Positions 61,695 to 64,000 of a stretch of 64,000 nucleotides of DNA are shown here, one piece after another; within the stretch, counting starts at the first letter, position 1; each line of letters opens with the position of its first letter. A model generated the notes under the pieces. The model was not told where the DNA came from, ran no database searches, and saw only the letters and a program-made list of their open reading frames with translations. The stretch is from an uncultured Desulfatibacillum sp. (GTDB lineage Bacteria; Desulfobacterota; Desulfobacteria; Desulfobacterales; SpSt-501). The DNA lies in assembly GCA_964427375.1 (NCBI GenBank), contig CAYRUF010000005.1, positions 69,286-133,285 of the forward strand, written 5' to 3'. A program made the translations under genes and the position numbers.

Positions 61695-64000
61695 TCAATG
61701 GCACTGTCCCGCCGCAACGCGCGGCAGGCATTCTACCGGCGGCTTCGCCAACGTGTTGTGAATCACGTTCTGGTAGGCTTCCAGCCGGGTCATGACCCCG
61801 GCCGCAGCGCTGTGCTCGTCCAATTCGAGCATGAGACAGGCCTTGGCCCCCATCGTGTGCTTGTAAAAATGCTCGATGAAGGAGTCCGCACCGCAGCCGA
61901 AATTCGTCAGGTGCAGCCCGAAATAATTCGGGGTGGTGCCGATCAGCCGGGCGGTCCGCAGAATCTGGGCACCCAGGCCCCAGTACATCGATGCGAAATC
62001 GCCGAGGGGAATGGCAGATGCATCGATAAAATCCATAGGGAGTGCCGCCAGTCCGATCTTGGCCAGGCTCTGCCCCAGCCGCAGGTTCAGGCGTTCGTCG
62101 TAAAGGTTGTAGGGCCGGCCGGTCACTACGACGAGCGGCTCGTCGGCTCCGATGCTCTTGAGGATACGGTCGCCGGCGCGGTGCAGCTCTTTCACAAAAA
62201 GATCCTGACGCTCAAGGGCGTGCTTCAGCGCCTGGCGGACCCGGCTCTTGCCGACTCCGAGCCGGCGCCCGATTTGCGCGTGAAGATCCAGCGCCAGCAT
62301 GTCCGCATCAGCCCGGAGGTTCAGGACGGGGCTCAGGACCGCTTCCGATGGTATCCCCAGGGCTGCACGGATCATGTAGGTGTTGCTCTGGACCATGGGG
62401 CAGTAATACCCCCGTTCGCGCGGGTGGGGGGTCGCCATATCCAGCGGGACGGGCAGGAACAGATGGCGCGTCCGGCCCATCAGCAGCCGGGCATGGCCGT
62501 GCGACACTTTTACGGGGTAGCAGGTCTCCGCCGTCATGGTCTCGATGCCGCTCCTGGACATCGACTCGTTGGTGGGCGGCGACAGCACCAGCCGGAATCC
62601 CAGCTGGTCGAAAAAGTGCGCCCACATCAGGCAGCCGTGGATTCCATAGAGCGCCCGCATCATGCCCACGGTAGGCCGGCCGTCCACCTCGAGGAGGGGA
62701 GCAGCGTCCGGCAGAGTTGAATACACGCCCGCCATGTGGTCTTCCCAGATTTTGGCCCGCAGACGGAAATAGTTCTCCTTGCGGCCGGCGCCGGTGGCGA
62801 GATCGTAGCGGCCGCATTCTCCGCCCCACACGCTTTTTCGGCCGTCGAAACGGTAGACTTTCAGTTTGCACTGGTTCTGGCAGGCGGGGTCGGCCTGGCA
62901 GGTCTTCTCCAGAAAGAGCATCCGATCGGCGACGGCGCGCTCGATCCCGCGGAAGGTGCTGGATCCGAGACACCCCTCCGCCAGCATCTTTTCCTGAACG
63001 CACAGGGCGGCACCGAAGGCGCCGAGGACCTCGCGGTGCCGGGGGACCAGCAGCCCGCAGCCGAGCACGTTCTCGAAAGCCGCCACAACGCCCTTGTTGA
63101 GGGACGGTCCGCCCAGGAACATCACGCGCTCGCCGATCCGGCGCTTGCCGACCACCCGGTTCAGGTAGTTGTGGACGACGGCATAGCAAAGCCCCGCGAT
63201 GAGATCCCGGCGCGCCGCGCCTTTTTGATGAAAGGACATGAGATCGGATTCCATGAACACCGTGCAGCGCTCGGCCAGCTTCACCGGCGTTTCCGAGGCC
63301 AACGCGATTTCCTGGAACTCGCCCACGATGTCGATGCCGAGTTTGTTGGCCAGCTCGTGCAGGAAACTGCCCGTGCCCGCGGCGCAGACCTTGTTCATGT
63401 CGAAGTCGAGGGGGTGGGTACCGCGGATGGCGATGTATTTGGAGTCCTGGCCGCCGATTTCGAAGATGGTGTCCACCGTTGGATCGAGGGCGACCGCTCC
63501 CCGCGCATGCGCCGTGATCTCGTCGATGATGAGATCCGCCTTCAGAAAATCCCCGACCACGTTCCGACCCGACCCCGTCGTCGCCGCCCCCAGGATCGTC
63601 AGGCCCGGTCCCATCTGGGACCGGATGTGTTCAAGGAGCCCCTGGACCGTTTCGACCGGCTTGCCGCACGTCGGCACATAGCATTTGTGGACGATCCGGC
63701 CGGCCTCGTCGATCAGGGCGTATTTGGTGGTCGTGGATCCGATGTCGATGCCCAGATAGCCGCGCAGACCGGCGGCCGTTACCCGGCTCGGGTTGTCGTT
63801 GCCTTCCGGGAAGACGGTTTTGCGCAGCGCAAGCCCTAAACCGACCGGCACCGCCGCCGCCCGGCGGTCCGGCGGAACGGCGAGGGTCGTCGGATCGATT
63901 TTAACCGCCCGGCCGGCGGCAAGGCCGTGAAGCGCCGCGCCCAGGGCGCCCAGCGACGTGCTGTGCGGCGGCACCACCAGGCCCGGAAAATAGGCCCGCA
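61695..64000 (-). CDS. BadF/BadG/BcrA/BcrD-type ATPase (CoA-substrate-specific enzyme activase) fused to a DUF2229-like domain; 5' end outside the window
   Basis: Motifs include LGIDIGSTTTKYALI, FEIGGQDSKYI, CAAGTGSFL and GGPSLNKG. The frame stays open to position 64000, and the first residues (..GALGAALHG) look like the end of another ATPase domain, so the gene continues upstream. Confidence 0.85.
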   Translation of the reverse strand, partial: RAYFPGLVVPPHSTSLGALGAALHGLAAGRAVKIDPTTLAVPPDRRAAAVPVGLGLALRKTVFPEGNDNPSRVTAAGLRGYLGIDIGSTTTKYALIDEAGRIVHKCYVPTCGKPVETVQGLLEHIRSQMGPGLTILGAATTGSGRNVVGDFLKADLIIDEITAHARGAVALDPTVDTIFEIGGQDSKYIAIRGTHPLDFDMNKVCAAGTGSFLHELANKLGIDIVGEFQEIALASETPVKLAERCTVFMESDLMSFHQKGAARRDLIAGLCYAVVHNYLNRVVGKRRIGERVMFLGGPSLNKGVVAAFENVLGCGLLVPRHREVLGAFGAALCVQEKMLAEGCLGSSTFRGIERAVADRMLFLEKTCQADPACQNQCKLKVYRFDGRKSVWGGECGRYDLATGAGRKENYFRLRAKIWEDHMAGVYSTLPDAAPLLEVDGRPTVGMMRALYGIHGCLMWAHFFDQLGFRLVLSPPTNESMSRSGIETMTAETCYPVKVSHGHARLLMGRTRHLFLPVPLDMATPHPRERGYYCPMVQSNTYMIRAALGIPSEAVLSPVLNLRADADMLALDLHAQIGRRLGVGKSRVRQALKHALERQDLFVKELHRAGDRILKSIGADEPLVVVTGRPYNLYDERLNLRLGQSLAKIGLAALPMDFIDASAIPLGDFASMYWGLGAQILRTARLIGTTPNYFGLHLTNFGCGADSFIEHFYKHTMGAKACLMLELDEHSAAAGVMTRLEAYQNVIHNTLAKPPVECLPRVAAGQCH

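Noticed and set aside
1-64000. A scan for tRNA, rRNA, transposase, integrase or phage genes.
   Set aside because: I saw no T-loop/anticodon-arm-like structures in intergenic regions and no DDE, tyrosine-recombinase or serine-recombinase-like ORFs. A tRNAscan or Rfam run would be needed to exclude small RNAs rigorously.

Overview
High-GC bacterial chromosomal segment; gene content suggests an anaerobic Desulfobacterota/deltaproteobacterium-like organism (inference only). All calls come from reading the ORF track and DNA by eye, with no database search. Layout:
(1) 1-9.4 kb, minus strand: a long operon with two ABC ATPases, an NMT1/TauA-like binding protein, two permeases, an Fe-alcohol dehydrogenase, a class-III omega-aminotransferase, a CoA-acylating semialdehyde dehydrogenase and a GntR regulator. 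It looks like omega-amino acid or aminosulfonate catabolism.
(2) 9.9-10.4 kb: a decay scar holding fragments of a TRAP DctM permease and an enolase-superfamily enzyme.
(3) 10.4-19.7 kb, minus strand: GAF histidine kinase, NtrC-type sigma-54 activator, a sigma-54 promoter, a REC protein, a REC-NuoE fusion, a HydB/NuoF-like flavoprotein and a Cys-type FdhA. This soluble formate dehydrogenase, whose small subunit carries a receiver domain, is my top candidate for something undescribed.
(4) 19.9-26.2 kb: assorted redox and PLP enzymes, an acyl-CoA ligase and a CBS protein.
(5) 26.3-41.0 kb: a complete complex I operon (nuoA, fused nuoBCD, nuoE through nuoN) whose internal spacers hold REP-like palindromes and short tandem repeats.
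(6) 41-45 kb: an OYE flavoprotein, a MetA/phenol-pathway-type outer-membrane channel and a Tat-signal amidohydrolase-2.
(7) 45.0-46.6 kb: a ThiC-family gene behind a cobalamin (not TPP) riboswitch, so possibly BzaF.
(8) 46.7-48.8 kb: a visibly lower-GC islet with a PIN/RHH toxin-antitoxin pair and a ParF-like ATPase whose partner is proline-rich and membrane-anchored.
(9) 48.9-56.7 kb: a tandem Nudix protein, an EndoIV-like protein plus PolX, and acyl-CoA carboxylase beta and alpha subunits.
(10) 57.1-59.9 kb: a five-lipoprotein operon with a near-consensus sigma-54 promoter.
(11) 60.3-64.0 kb: a BcrAD/HgdC-type activase-related pair.
I found no rRNA, tRNA, CRISPR array, transposase or integrase. 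Many long ORFs in the track are antisense shadow ORFs typical of GC-rich DNA.
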